A stretch of DNA of 32,000 bases from Coprobacillaceae bacterium (GCA_963675915.1 OY780959.1:330001-362000); one strand, 5' to 3'. Shown: positions 1-7,741, counted from the first letter of the stretch. A program made the numbers and translations. Notes: generated by a model not told the origin, from the letters alone.

Positions 1-2
1 AT

Positions 3-503
3 GTCACTTCCACGCTGGGTTCCAGTCCGTTTGCGACAACCTATCAATACATCATCACCAATACCGGTGATGTTTATGTCAACGGGAAATACCGCTTTGA
101 GATCCGGGGCGAGGATATCCAAGTGGTTGCCAATTTCAATACGTATGACAATCGCCACCAGGTGAATATCAATTTCACCCGCTTTGGACTTGATGATTTT
201 GCCAAGCTGAGTCTGGCTGTGGCAGATTACAGTGAATTCTATGAAATCACGGACTATCTGGGCAATTTCGCCGCACCGCTTTATCAAGAAGCAGAGGTGG
301 AGTTTGATGAAATCTTGAGTGCCAGTGAGGCGGACGAGTTCATCGGTCACTACGGTCGCGGGGTTACCCTTCACAACAATGGTTCGACCTTGAAGGTTTA
401 TTATGGCAGTGACACCCTGACCAGTCAGGATGATGCACTTCGCTATTTCCAGAATCTTGAATTCGATTCAATCCTTAAAGAAGGACTCGTTGAGACTTTA
501 TGA
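3..503 (+). CDS. hypothetical protein, C-terminal part (5' end lies left of the window)
   Basis: Frame 3 is open from base 3: VTSTLGSSPFATTYQYIITNTGDVYVNGKYRFEIRGEDIQ precedes the GTG at 123 that the ORF track uses. The stop TGA at 501-503 overlaps the next ATG (ATGA), which suggests translational coupling. I recognise no motif. Confidence 0.55.
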   Translation, partial: VTSTLGSSPFATTYQYIITNTGDVYVNGKYRFEIRGEDIQVVANFNTYDNRHQVNINFTRFGLDDFAKLSLAVADYSEFYEITDYLGNFAAPLYQEAEVEFDEILSASEADEFIGHYGRGVTLHNNGSTLKVYYGSDTLTSQDDALRYFQNLEFDSILKEGLVETL

Positions 504-1267
504 TAAGAAAAATCATTTTTAGCGATCTTGACGGGACCCTGGTTGAGAAGAATGATTTGATTGAACCGGAAATCGGGATGCTGATTGAAGAGTTCCGCAA
601 GGAAAATATCTTTGTCATCAACACCGGTCGCAATATCGACGAAGCCTTTGACAACATCGTCAAACTGGGAATCGGTTTTGATTATATGATTCTCAACAAT
701 GGAGGTCATATCATCGACAGTCAAAAAAAAGATGTCATCAAACGGGAAATCAATCGGGATACGGCGAAAAAAGTCATGGCTACGCTCAAAGCGCGCGCTG
801 GTCTCAACATTACTTTCTACAATGGGGCGAAGACCTATTTGCAGGAAGCGGGATTAACCAAAGTTCTGACCGAATCCGGTTTTGTTGCCAGTGATGAGGA
901 TTTTGATGCTGTTTTCGAGCAGTCTGCGACCTTTGACATCATTTGTGCCTATCAAACTGATGGTCGGATTGATGAGCTTAAACTCATCATCGAAGAACTC
1001 GAACAACTCGATGTCACCTGCAATCTCAACGATATCTATCTCGATATATCACCGGAGGGATCAACCAAGGGCAACGGCGCTAGCTATCTCCTGGAGTATC
1101 TGGATTTCCAGGGCATCAGCTATGGCATCGGGGATTCCTATAATGATGTGTCAATGTTCAGGGAAGTCGACTGTGGCGTCACCTTCAAACATTGCCTTAA
1201 AGAAATAAAAGCTGAAGCTGACCTGGTTGTTGCCAGTGTCGGTGAATTGATAAAGAAAGTGGGATGA
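500..1267 (+). CDS. Cof-type HAD-IIB family hydrolase (sugar-phosphate phosphatase-like)
   Basis: HAD motif I 'FSDLDGTLV' lies at the N-terminus and 'GDSYNDVSMF' near the C-terminus, with a cap region between them. The 255 aa length is typical of Cof/YidA-type enzymes. Confidence 0.85.
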   Translation: MIRKIIFSDLDGTLVEKNDLIEPEIGMLIEEFRKENIFVINTGRNIDEAFDNIVKLGIGFDYMILNNGGHIIDSQKKDVIKREINRDTAKKVMATLKARAGLNITFYNGAKTYLQEAGLTKVLTESGFVASDEDFDAVFEQSATFDIICAYQTDGRIDELKLIIEELEQLDVTCNLNDIYLDISPEGSTKGNGASYLLEYLDFQGISYGIGDSYNDVSMFREVDCGVTFKHCLKEIKAEADLVVASVGELIKKVG

Positions 1268-1270
1268 AAA

Positions 1271-2347
1271 ATGGGATACCAAGATAAATTCAGAAAAGTG
1301 GTTCCTTATGTTGCCGGGGAGCAACCTAAGATTGCCAATATGATCAAATTGAATACCAATGAAAATCCGTACCCTCCTTGCAGTCAGGTGAGGGCGGTGT
1401 TGAATTCGTTCAACTATGAAAACCTGCTGCGCTATCCAAACAGCGACGGATACGAACTTCAACATGAACTTGCTAAGTATCTGAAAGTAGAAGATAACCA
1501 GATCTTCCTGGGGAACGGATCCGACGAAGTTCTCGCTTTGATCTTCCTGGGGCTGTTCAACGGTGAAGCGCCGGTACTGTTCCCGGATATCACTTATTCA
1601 TTCTATCCGGTATACTGCGATCTGTTTGAAATCAACCATGAAACCATCGCCCTTGACGAGGATTTCAAGATTCCTTTTGAAAAATTCCAGCAGGAAAACA
1701 GCGGAATCATTTTCCCGAATCCCAATGCACCGACCGGGATTTGCACCACTTTGGAAAACATTGAAAACGTGGTCAAGAACAATCCCGATTCAATCGTGGT
1801 GGTTGATGAAGCCTATATCGATTTTGGTGGGGAATCATGCATCGGTCTGATTGAAAAATATGAGAACCTGCTTGTTACCCAAACATTCTCGAAATCACGC
1901 TCATTGGCGGGAATCCGTCTGGGAGTGGCGATCGGAAGCGAACCGGTGATCCGTCAATTGTATGATATCAAGAACTCATTCAACTCATATCCAATCGATA
2001 CCCTGGCTAAGGAAATCGGAGTCGCTTCGGTTCAAAACAGCGATGATATGATTGAAAAAGCCAACCTGGTCATCAAAACCCGGGAGTATACGACAGCTGA
2101 GTTGGAAAAATTGGGATTTAGAGTCTTGGATTCCAAAGCTAACTTCATCTTCATCTCCCATGACAAGTTCAAAGCTGAAGATCTGTTTTTGGCCCTTAGA
2201 GCCAAGGGAATCATTGTCCGTCACTTCAAGGCGAAACGGATTGATAATTTCCTGCGAGTGACTATCGGAACTGATGAACAGATGGAAGCATTCCTGGACT
2301 TTGTCAGAGATTATGTCAAAAAACAAGGGTACTCTAAAATAACTTGA
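1271..2347 (+). CDS. hisC: histidinol-phosphate aminotransferase (class II PLP aminotransferase)
   Basis: Motifs seen are 'KLNTNENPYPP', 'YPNSDG', 'VVVDEAYIDF' and the PLP-lysine context 'TFSKSRSLAGIRLG'. The protein is 358 aa and starts 3 nt after the HAD stop. Confidence 0.88.
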   Translation: MGYQDKFRKVVPYVAGEQPKIANMIKLNTNENPYPPCSQVRAVLNSFNYENLLRYPNSDGYELQHELAKYLKVEDNQIFLGNGSDEVLALIFLGLFNGEAPVLFPDITYSFYPVYCDLFEINHETIALDEDFKIPFEKFQQENSGIIFPNPNAPTGICTTLENIENVVKNNPDSIVVVDEAYIDFGGESCIGLIEKYENLLVTQTFSKSRSLAGIRLGVAIGSEPVIRQLYDIKNSFNSYPIDTLAKEIGVASVQNSDDMIEKANLVIKTREYTTAELEKLGFRVLDSKANFIFISHDKFKAEDLFLALRAKGIIVRHFKAKRIDNFLRVTIGTDEQMEAFLDFVRDYVKKQGYSKIT

Positions 2348-2420
2348 GGTAGCACTTGTTATAAGCAATAGAATTATTTGATGTGCTTACTACCTCATGA
2401 ATGATTAGAGCCACAATAGG

Positions 2421-2455
2421 GTGACTGGAAATCTTATGATTTCCAGTCACTTTTT
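2421..2455 (+). terminator. rho-independent terminator-like hairpin (13-bp perfect stem, TTAT loop, T5)
   Basis: The sequence is gtgactggaaatc-ttat-gatttccagtcac followed by ttttt. It lies 74 nt after the hisC stop and abuts the transposase stop codon (2455-2457). I cannot tell whether it belongs to hisC or to the IS end. Confidence 0.6.
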
Positions 2456-3873
2456 CATTTTGTCGAGGGGTAGATATAGTAATTCACATCATCGTTCAAG
2501 ACATATAGCACCCTGCTTCGGAATCTTTCCCAGTTATTATAGCCATTGGCGTTTCGTTTGATGCTTTTTATGGTTTTGTTTCTGTTTTCGATTATTCCAT
2601 TATTGATTTTATGACCTTTGGTTATTTCGATGAACGAATTGATTATTTCGTTCTTCCACCTAACCATCGTATTAGCGAAATCGTTCATTCCTTTTACATT
2701 GCTTTTTCTAAATTCGTCAATTATTTCCTCAAGGTTCCGTTTCGCTGTTTTATAATTGCTCTTTTTAAAGAATCTTATTACTTCATCTTTTAAATCTACA
2801 GCTTCTTCGAGTTGTGGGTCGATTTTCATTATGTAGTCAAGAAGATCATAGGGATTGTAATAACCTTCAAGCACTCTATTGTATTTCTTTTTGACGTTCG
2901 GATCGAATATCTTTGGATCATTCTTGTAAAGAAGCCAATTGAATTTTTTGAGCACATAATATTGCTTCTTACGTTCTTTGATTTCTACAATCTCTTTTGG
3001 GGTGAGATTCTCCTTAATTATATTTGGTGGGACTTTGATCTTGTTCATAACATCGATTCTAACTCTGTCAACCTTCTTGGTAAGCTCCTGGATTACATGA
3101 AACTTGTCACAGGCCACAACGGCATTTGGGAATACACGCTTGCTTACGATTCGATAAGTTTCCCACATATCAGTTGATACGACTTTAACTATTTCCCGTT
3201 CTTTCCTGGGAATCAGGGTGAAGTAGTTAAGCAAACTGTACTTTTTTCGATCTGGCAACAGATCAATTATTTTCTGGTTTTGATAATCAAGCAGCACGCA
3301 AACATAGTTGCTTCTTTTCGATTTGAAGGCATAAACTTCATCAATGCAGATATACTCCGGCAGCGTTCTTCTTGATACTCTTACATGCTTGTCAAATATC
3401 GAAGCAACTGTGGTGGGCGATATGTTGTGACGATAAGCAACGCTCTTGAATGTTTCATTAAACGATTTCAAATCCTTCAGGACATTATATACGGTCGCCA
3501 AAGAGATTTTCATACCTTTGAGGGTGAACGGATTGTGTTCATAGAATGTTTTGTTGCAGGCGGGGCATTTGTGCCTGCGGGCATGGTAGTTGATATAGCA
3601 AGGAATACCATTTAGGATAGAGTGGGTTATTTTCTTGTTAACGTAGTTATTGACGATGGTGGTCTCGGTTCCGCAGACCGGGCATATGTGGGGGACACAT
3701 TCAAGTTCAACATACACATGAACACCATCAAACTGATGATTGACATGGATTTTCTTAATCCGTTTGTCTTCAAGATTGAATAGTTTTCTAATATAAATGT
3801 CATCAATAGACGCACCCGTGTTAGGATTCGTCGCCAAACACGTAGAAAGATTAGACTTATTATTCGATTCCAT
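2455..3873 (-). CDS. ISL3 family transposase
   Basis: The N-terminal zinc ribbon 'CPVCG...(34 aa)...CPACNKTF' is followed by an HTH-like segment. The DDE core carries 'ICIDEV', 'VVSTDMWETY' and 'ACDKFHVIQEL' (compare ISL3 'LDRFHIVQHL'). The C-terminal 'NNGIIENRNKTIKSIKRNANGYNNWERFRSRVLY' matches the ISL3 'N..E..N..IK...R.a.Gf.nf..f..R' signature. An AGGAGG RBS lies 7 nt upstream. Confidence 0.88.
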   Translation of the reverse strand: MESNNKSNLSTCLATNPNTGASIDDIYIRKLFNLEDKRIKKIHVNHQFDGVHVYVELECVPHICPVCGTETTIVNNYVNKKITHSILNGIPCYINYHARRHKCPACNKTFYEHNPFTLKGMKISLATVYNVLKDLKSFNETFKSVAYRHNISPTTVASIFDKHVRVSRRTLPEYICIDEVYAFKSKRSNYVCVLLDYQNQKIIDLLPDRKKYSLLNYFTLIPRKEREIVKVVSTDMWETYRIVSKRVFPNAVVACDKFHVIQELTKKVDRVRIDVMNKIKVPPNIIKENLTPKEIVEIKERKKQYYVLKKFNWLLYKNDPKIFDPNVKKKYNRVLEGYYNPYDLLDYIMKIDPQLEEAVDLKDEVIRFFKKSNYKTAKRNLEEIIDEFRKSNVKGMNDFANTMVRWKNEIINSFIEITKGHKINNGIIENRNKTIKSIKRNANGYNNWERFRSRVLYVLNDDVNYYIYPSTK

Positions 3874-3941
3874 ACGTTTTCCTCCTAAAATTCATTTTAC
3901 AAGTAGATTGTACAAATAAACCCGGTTTAATCGTATGAAAG

Positions 3942-4355
3942 TTATGTGGTAATGAAGATACAGTCAAATTTTCTTGATTTTAGAATACAAAAATCTTCAT
4001 AGCTTAGATTGATGTCGAAAGACTGCCGCAGATAACTGAGATACGAAGGATCGTAATGGTTGTTGTTTACAATGATAGAAACTATGTCATCTTTTGATAA
4101 AATTGAGAATGGAACCATTGATTCAATCAGGATGGCATGCGTTCTACCGCAGTCCCCGCAAATGAGCCTCATGATCCTAATTTTGAATTTGAGACCTAAA
4201 AACGACACATTTCTAACGTAGTAGGAATGTGTCTTGAAAGAGTTTGTCGCACCACAAGAGCAGCTCATTTGTGAAAAATTGATTGAATTAACTGTGTTGG
4301 AGTAGGATTTTTGGTTGATATACTTGATTTTTGTTTCATTTTTTATTATTATCAT
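3942..4355 (-). CDS. small Cys-rich (zinc-ribbon) IS-associated protein; from memory resembles the DUF6431 family
   Basis: The 137-aa ORF lies 68 nt upstream of the transposase and is co-directional with it. Its motif is 'CSCG...(28 aa)...RLICGDCGRTHAIL...VPFS'. No clear Shine-Dalgarno precedes either candidate ATG, so the start is uncertain. Confidence 0.5.
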   Translation of the reverse strand: MIIIKNETKIKYINQKSYSNTVNSINFSQMSCSCGATNSFKTHSYYVRNVSFLGLKFKIRIMRLICGDCGRTHAILIESMVPFSILSKDDIVSIIVNNNHYDPSYLSYLRQSFDINLSYEDFCILKSRKFDCIFITT

Positions 4356-4370
4356 ATTGTTCTTATGAGC

Positions 4371-4412
4371 AGATAGAAATCAAACTTGGTAGGGGAGATT
4401 TCTATCTTTTTT
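4371..4412 (+). terminator. terminator-like hairpin (11-bp stem, 15-nt loop, T5) on the + strand
   Basis: The sequence is agatagaaatc-(15 nt)-gatttctatct followed by ttttt. There is no + strand gene upstream. On the - strand it would lie in the 5' leader of the small IS ORF. Confidence 0.4.
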
Positions 4413-4449
4413 CCTTTCTAAAAGATGTTTATATACTAATATGATACCA

Positions 4450-4499
4450 AAAAAACAGGCAAAGCACCAAAATGAATCATGGAGCTAAGCCTGTTTTTT
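4450..4499. terminator. A-run / GC core / T-run hairpin, potentially a bidirectional terminator
   Basis: aaaaaacaggc pairs with gcctgtttttt. The inner imperfect pairing is agcacc/ggagct with a loop of about 12 nt. It is symmetric, so it could stop transcription from either side. Confidence 0.4.
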
Positions 4500-4608
4500 A
4501 GAATTACACCTCAACAATCGTTGTAGCTAATAAATGGTCCTACAAAAGTAAACCATCACTCATATTGTTCGGAGCGGCAATATTAAACTATCTTAGATAC
4601 TCAAAACA

Positions 4609-4630
4609 AGAAGCGTAAGCTTCTTTTTTT
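4609..4630 (+). terminator. rho-independent terminator (6-bp stem, GTAA loop, T7)
   Basis: The sequence is agaagc-gtaa-gcttct followed by ttttttt. It sits immediately upstream of the predicted PTS promoter and may be the native hisC-side terminator displaced by the IS. Confidence 0.55.
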
Positions 4631-4631
4631 C

Positions 4632-4660
4632 TTGTGTTAAAACGGATTATGACCTAAAAT
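4632..4660 (+). promoter_or_regulatory. sigma-A-type promoter candidate for the PTS operon
   Basis: TTGTGT (4632-4637), 17-nt spacer, TAAAAT (4655-4660). It lies about 85 nt upstream of the ATG at 4744. Confidence 0.4.
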
Positions 4661-4743
4661 TGATAAATAACAAGTGATGGTTCAAAAGGGAATCAAAGTC
4701 AAGCCGGCTTTGGTTAAATCATCGAAGTAAAAGGGGGAATTTT

Positions 4744-6093
4744 ATGTTTACCAGAATCGAGGGGATTTTGACGCCGATGGCAACTAGAATCGGGTCCAAT
4801 CGCTATCTTAGTGCCATGGCGGATGGTTTTCAGGTGGCGGCGCCGCTTTTGGTTGTCAGTTCGCTATTAGTATTAATCGCCAACTTGCCGTTGCCGGGCT
4901 GGACAGCGGGGCTGGAGGCAGCTGTGATCAATCCAAATACCGGGGCAACGCTGCTGGAATATCTGCTCAAACCGGCGCAGGCGACCTATGGGATCATGGC
5001 TTTGGTTGTGGTGCTGGCCACCGGGTATTCGTTTGCCGGAAAATTGGGCCTGGAAAAACTGACTGGGGCCACAGTTGCCTTGGTGGCCTGGTTTACCACC
5101 GTTTTGGAAAGTTCGGGTGATCTTAGCGCCGTAATTACCAATGGTCAGCTGGGTGCAAAAGGAATTTTGCCGGGAATACTGGTCACCTTTGGTGCCATCC
5201 ATCTCTATGGCTTGATTGAAAAACTTACCGCAAGGATCAAAAGTCCCAGTGGGATACCACCCAATGCGACAAGCTCGCTGGTTGTCTTGCTGCCGGGGCT
5301 GGCAGTTTTAATGGCAGTCATCGCTGTCAATCTTTGCTTGGGCCTTTGGGGAACCGATTTGGTTTCTGTGTTTGAGAAAATGATTCAACGGCCCCTGCTC
5401 CAGCTAGGCGACAGTTTGGGGGCGATGTTGGGAGCCTATCTGGTTTTGCATCTGTTTTGGTTTTTCGGGGCCAATGGCGGGGCGGTGGTCGGCCCAATCT
5501 ATAATCCGATCCTCCAGACCCTGTCGCTCGAGAATCTCAGTTACTTCGCTACCCAGGAAGGAAGCGGGCATATCATCACCCATCAGTTTCAAAATTTTTA
5601 CGCCACCTTTGGCGGGTGTGGCTCGGTTTTGTCTTTGATTATCGCTGTTTTGATCTTCGGCAAATCCCGGCGGATCCGCTCGGTGGGGAAACTGGGGTTG
5701 TTGCCGGGTATCTTTGGCATCAGTGAGCCGATTGTATTCGGGTTGCCGATTGTTCTCAATCCGGTGATGTGGCTGCCGTTTATGGTGGTACCCTCACTCA
5801 ATATCCTGATATCCTATCTGGCCATGGCCCAAGGACTGGTGCCTTTGACCAACGGGGTGACCCTGCCCTGGACCGTTCCGGTGGTGATTTCAGGCTTTTT
5901 GACAACCAACTGGACCGGGGCCCTGCTTCAGGCATTTCTGGTGATTCTGGGGGTGGTTATTTATCTCCCGTTTGTCAAAGTAATGGATAACCGTTATCTA
6001 ACAGAAGAAAACGAAACGGCCGCAAAAACAGCGGCTTTCAATAATAACCAACCAATCAAACAAGGAAAAGAGGAAGATTTATGTGGGGAATAA
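4744..6093 (+). CDS. PTS sugar transporter subunit EIIC, lactose/cellobiose/diacetylchitobiose (Lac) family
   Basis: A 449-aa polytopic membrane protein. The family-typical motif 'GISEPIVFGLPIVLNP' and 'LHLFWFFGANGG' are present. An AAGGGGGA RBS precedes the start. No EIIA or EIIB domain is fused or adjacent. Confidence 0.88.
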   Translation: MFTRIEGILTPMATRIGSNRYLSAMADGFQVAAPLLVVSSLLVLIANLPLPGWTAGLEAAVINPNTGATLLEYLLKPAQATYGIMALVVVLATGYSFAGKLGLEKLTGATVALVAWFTTVLESSGDLSAVITNGQLGAKGILPGILVTFGAIHLYGLIEKLTARIKSPSGIPPNATSSLVVLLPGLAVLMAVIAVNLCLGLWGTDLVSVFEKMIQRPLLQLGDSLGAMLGAYLVLHLFWFFGANGGAVVGPIYNPILQTLSLENLSYFATQEGSGHIITHQFQNFYATFGGCGSVLSLIIAVLIFGKSRRIRSVGKLGLLPGIFGISEPIVFGLPIVLNPVMWLPFMVVPSLNILISYLAMAQGLVPLTNGVTLPWTVPVVISGFLTTNWTGALLQAFLVILGVVIYLPFVKVMDNRYLTEENETAAKTAAFNNNQPIKQGKEEDLCGE

Positions 6094-7037
6094 TAGCGAC
6101 GTGGCGGATGGCGGTCGAAGGGCTTGAAGAAGCAAAAAAGATATTGGAAAAGGGCGGCGATGCCGGGGATGCCATTGAAACGGCAGTCAAGTGCGTCGAG
6201 GACTTTCCATACTACAAATCGGTGGGTTACGGTGGTTTGCCCAACGAGGAAATGGAAGTGGAACTCGATGCTGCCTATATGGACGGGAATACGCTCGATA
6301 TCGGAGCCATCGGGGCAATCAAGGATTTCGCCAATCCGATTTCAATCGCCCGGGATCTGGCCAAACAACCGGTCAACAACTTTCTGGTGGGAGCCGGAGC
6401 GGAAAAATACGCCCATCAAAACGGATTTGCCAGAAAGAACATGCTAAGTGAGCGGGCGAAAATCCATTATCACAATCGTAAAGTGGAAATCCAGGAAGCC
6501 AAGCTGCAGCCTTATGACGGCCATGACACGGTAGGGATGGTCTGCCTCGATCAAAGCGCCAAGATGACAGCAGCGACCTCAACCAGCGGTCTGTTCATGA
6601 AAAAGGCCGGTCGCGTTGGTGATTCGCCGGTGATTGGCTCGGGTCTTTATGTCGACAGCGATTATGGCGGAGCCAGTGCTACCGGACTGGGGGAAGACAT
6701 GATGAAGGGGTGTGTCTCCTATGAGGTGGTCCGGCTGCTAAAAGAAGGTTATCATCCTCAAGTGGCTGTTGAAAAAGTGGTCAGTGAACTCGATGCAAAG
6801 CTACGCAAGCGCCGCGGTTATTCCGGCGACATTTCGCTGGTGGCTCTCAACAATCAGGGTGAATGGGGCGTAGCCACCAATATCGAAGGATTTTCGTTTG
6901 CCGTGGCAACCGCCAACCAGGAACCGACTGTCTATCTCTGTACCAATAGCGACGGCCATATTGTCCATGAAATTGCCAGCCAGGAGTGGCTTGATGAGTA
7001 TATGGCGACCAGAACGGCCCCGTTACTAAAAAAATAA
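6081..7037 (+). CDS. N4-(beta-N-acetylglucosaminyl)-L-asparaginase (glycosylasparaginase) / Ntn-hydrolase of the asparaginase-2 family
   Basis: Motifs are 'SVGYGGLPNEEMEVELDAAYMDG', the autoprocessing/nucleophile site 'GHDT|VGMVCLD' and 'TGLGEDMMKGCVSYEVVRLLKEG' (compare human AGA 'HDTIGMV' and 'TGDGDIMMRFLPSYQAV'). No signal peptide is present; the protein starts MWGIIATW. An AGAGGA RBS precedes the start, which overlaps the EIIC 3' end by 13 nt. Confidence 0.82.
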   Translation: MWGIIATWRMAVEGLEEAKKILEKGGDAGDAIETAVKCVEDFPYYKSVGYGGLPNEEMEVELDAAYMDGNTLDIGAIGAIKDFANPISIARDLAKQPVNNFLVGAGAEKYAHQNGFARKNMLSERAKIHYHNRKVEIQEAKLQPYDGHDTVGMVCLDQSAKMTAATSTSGLFMKKAGRVGDSPVIGSGLYVDSDYGGASATGLGEDMMKGCVSYEVVRLLKEGYHPQVAVEKVVSELDAKLRKRRGYSGDISLVALNNQGEWGVATNIEGFSFAVATANQEPTVYLCTNSDGHIVHEIASQEWLDEYMATRTAPLLKK

Positions 7038-7128
7038 GCTGAATTTTCTTAAGATTTTCTAAATTATTCCGGCCTGACTGTTATTTTAACTGCTATAAAC
7101 GTATAATTAACTCAAAGGGGTTGATCTC

Positions 7129-7737
7129 ATGAAAAGAATGCTGGGGAACAAAGTATTGGCGCTAGTAGTGATTTTATGGATTGTCTACGTGATTGTTTGG
7201 GGCATACTCGCAATTGACGGGGATATCCAGGAGCACTCGGTCCTCTATTTTCTGGCCTATCTGGCTATTGGCGAGGCCTTGTTTTTGGCTTTAGTCTCGC
7301 TGCAAAAAAAGGCGATGGTACGCTTTTTCAATTCTACCAACTACCAGCGGTCTTTCATTAAACCATCGGTTGGAGGGAGTATTGTTATTATTCTTCATGT
7401 GATTATTTTAGTTACAATCATCTTCGATTGGGGTTCTGCCAATAATATCCTTGTTTACGGCCCGTTAGGTCTTATTTTTCTTAATAAAGATTACCAGGAA
7501 TTATGGTTGTACTATTCGCAAGATTCATTTGTCTATAATGGCCGGGGAGTCAGGTTGGATGAAATAGTCAAACTTGAAATCACAAAAAAAGGGCGTTCGA
7601 GTTTTTTGACTGTGATTTCACAAGACCGCTCGGATTTAATTGCCTTCTCCGGACGGAAAAAGGCCGCGGGGCAGGTTGTAGAAATAATCAAATCGATAGG
7701 GGGAGCTGACTTCACTTTTCCAAACGCAATTCAATAA
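7129..7737 (+). CDS. hypothetical membrane protein (about 4 TM helices plus a ~75-aa soluble C-terminal domain)
   Basis: Hydrophobic segments include 'VLALVVILWIVYVIVWGILAI', 'VLYFLAYLAIGEALFLALVSL', 'GGSIVIILHVIILVTIIF' and 'ILVYGPLGLIFL'. An AAGGGG RBS precedes the start and no terminator separates it from the upstream gene. I recognise no family. Confidence 0.6.
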   Translation: MKRMLGNKVLALVVILWIVYVIVWGILAIDGDIQEHSVLYFLAYLAIGEALFLALVSLQKKAMVRFFNSTNYQRSFIKPSVGGSIVIILHVIILVTIIFDWGSANNILVYGPLGLIFLNKDYQELWLYYSQDSFVYNGRGVRLDEIVKLEITKKGRSSFLTVISQDRSDLIAFSGRKKAAGQVVEIIKSIGGADFTFPNAIQ

Positions 7738-7741
7738 TATT

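Larger units (their letters stand above)
2400..4450 (-). mobile_element. ISL3-family insertion sequence (two ORFs); boundaries approximate, inverted repeats not resolved
   Basis: An ISL3-type transposase plus an upstream co-directional small ORF. The block is clearly more AT-rich than the flanking hisC and PTS genes. It must lie between the hisC stop (2347) and the PTS promoter (~4632). Confidence 0.6.

Noticed and set aside
2403-2412. 'tagagcc' reminiscent of the GGCTCT termini of many ISL3 elements
   Set aside because: The orientation is wrong for the left end of this element, since it would be a right-end reading. I found no matching partner at the other side, so I do not use it to define the IS boundary.
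4441-4500. Possible RAT-like antiterminator target ('caggcaaagcacc' resembles the 'caggcaaaacc' core of BglG/LicT RAT sites) overlapping a terminator stem upstream of the PTS gene
   Set aside because: The 5' half of a RAT (ggattgttactg-like) is absent. No BglG/LicT-family antiterminator gene is in the window. The predicted PTS promoter lies downstream of this hairpin.
6124-6582. Alternative-frame ORFs inside the glycosylasparaginase gene (6124-6447, 6191-6451, 6373-6582)
   Set aside because: They overlap a CDS with strong family motifs. Their translations are Arg/Ser/Pro-rich frame-shift artefacts without start signals.
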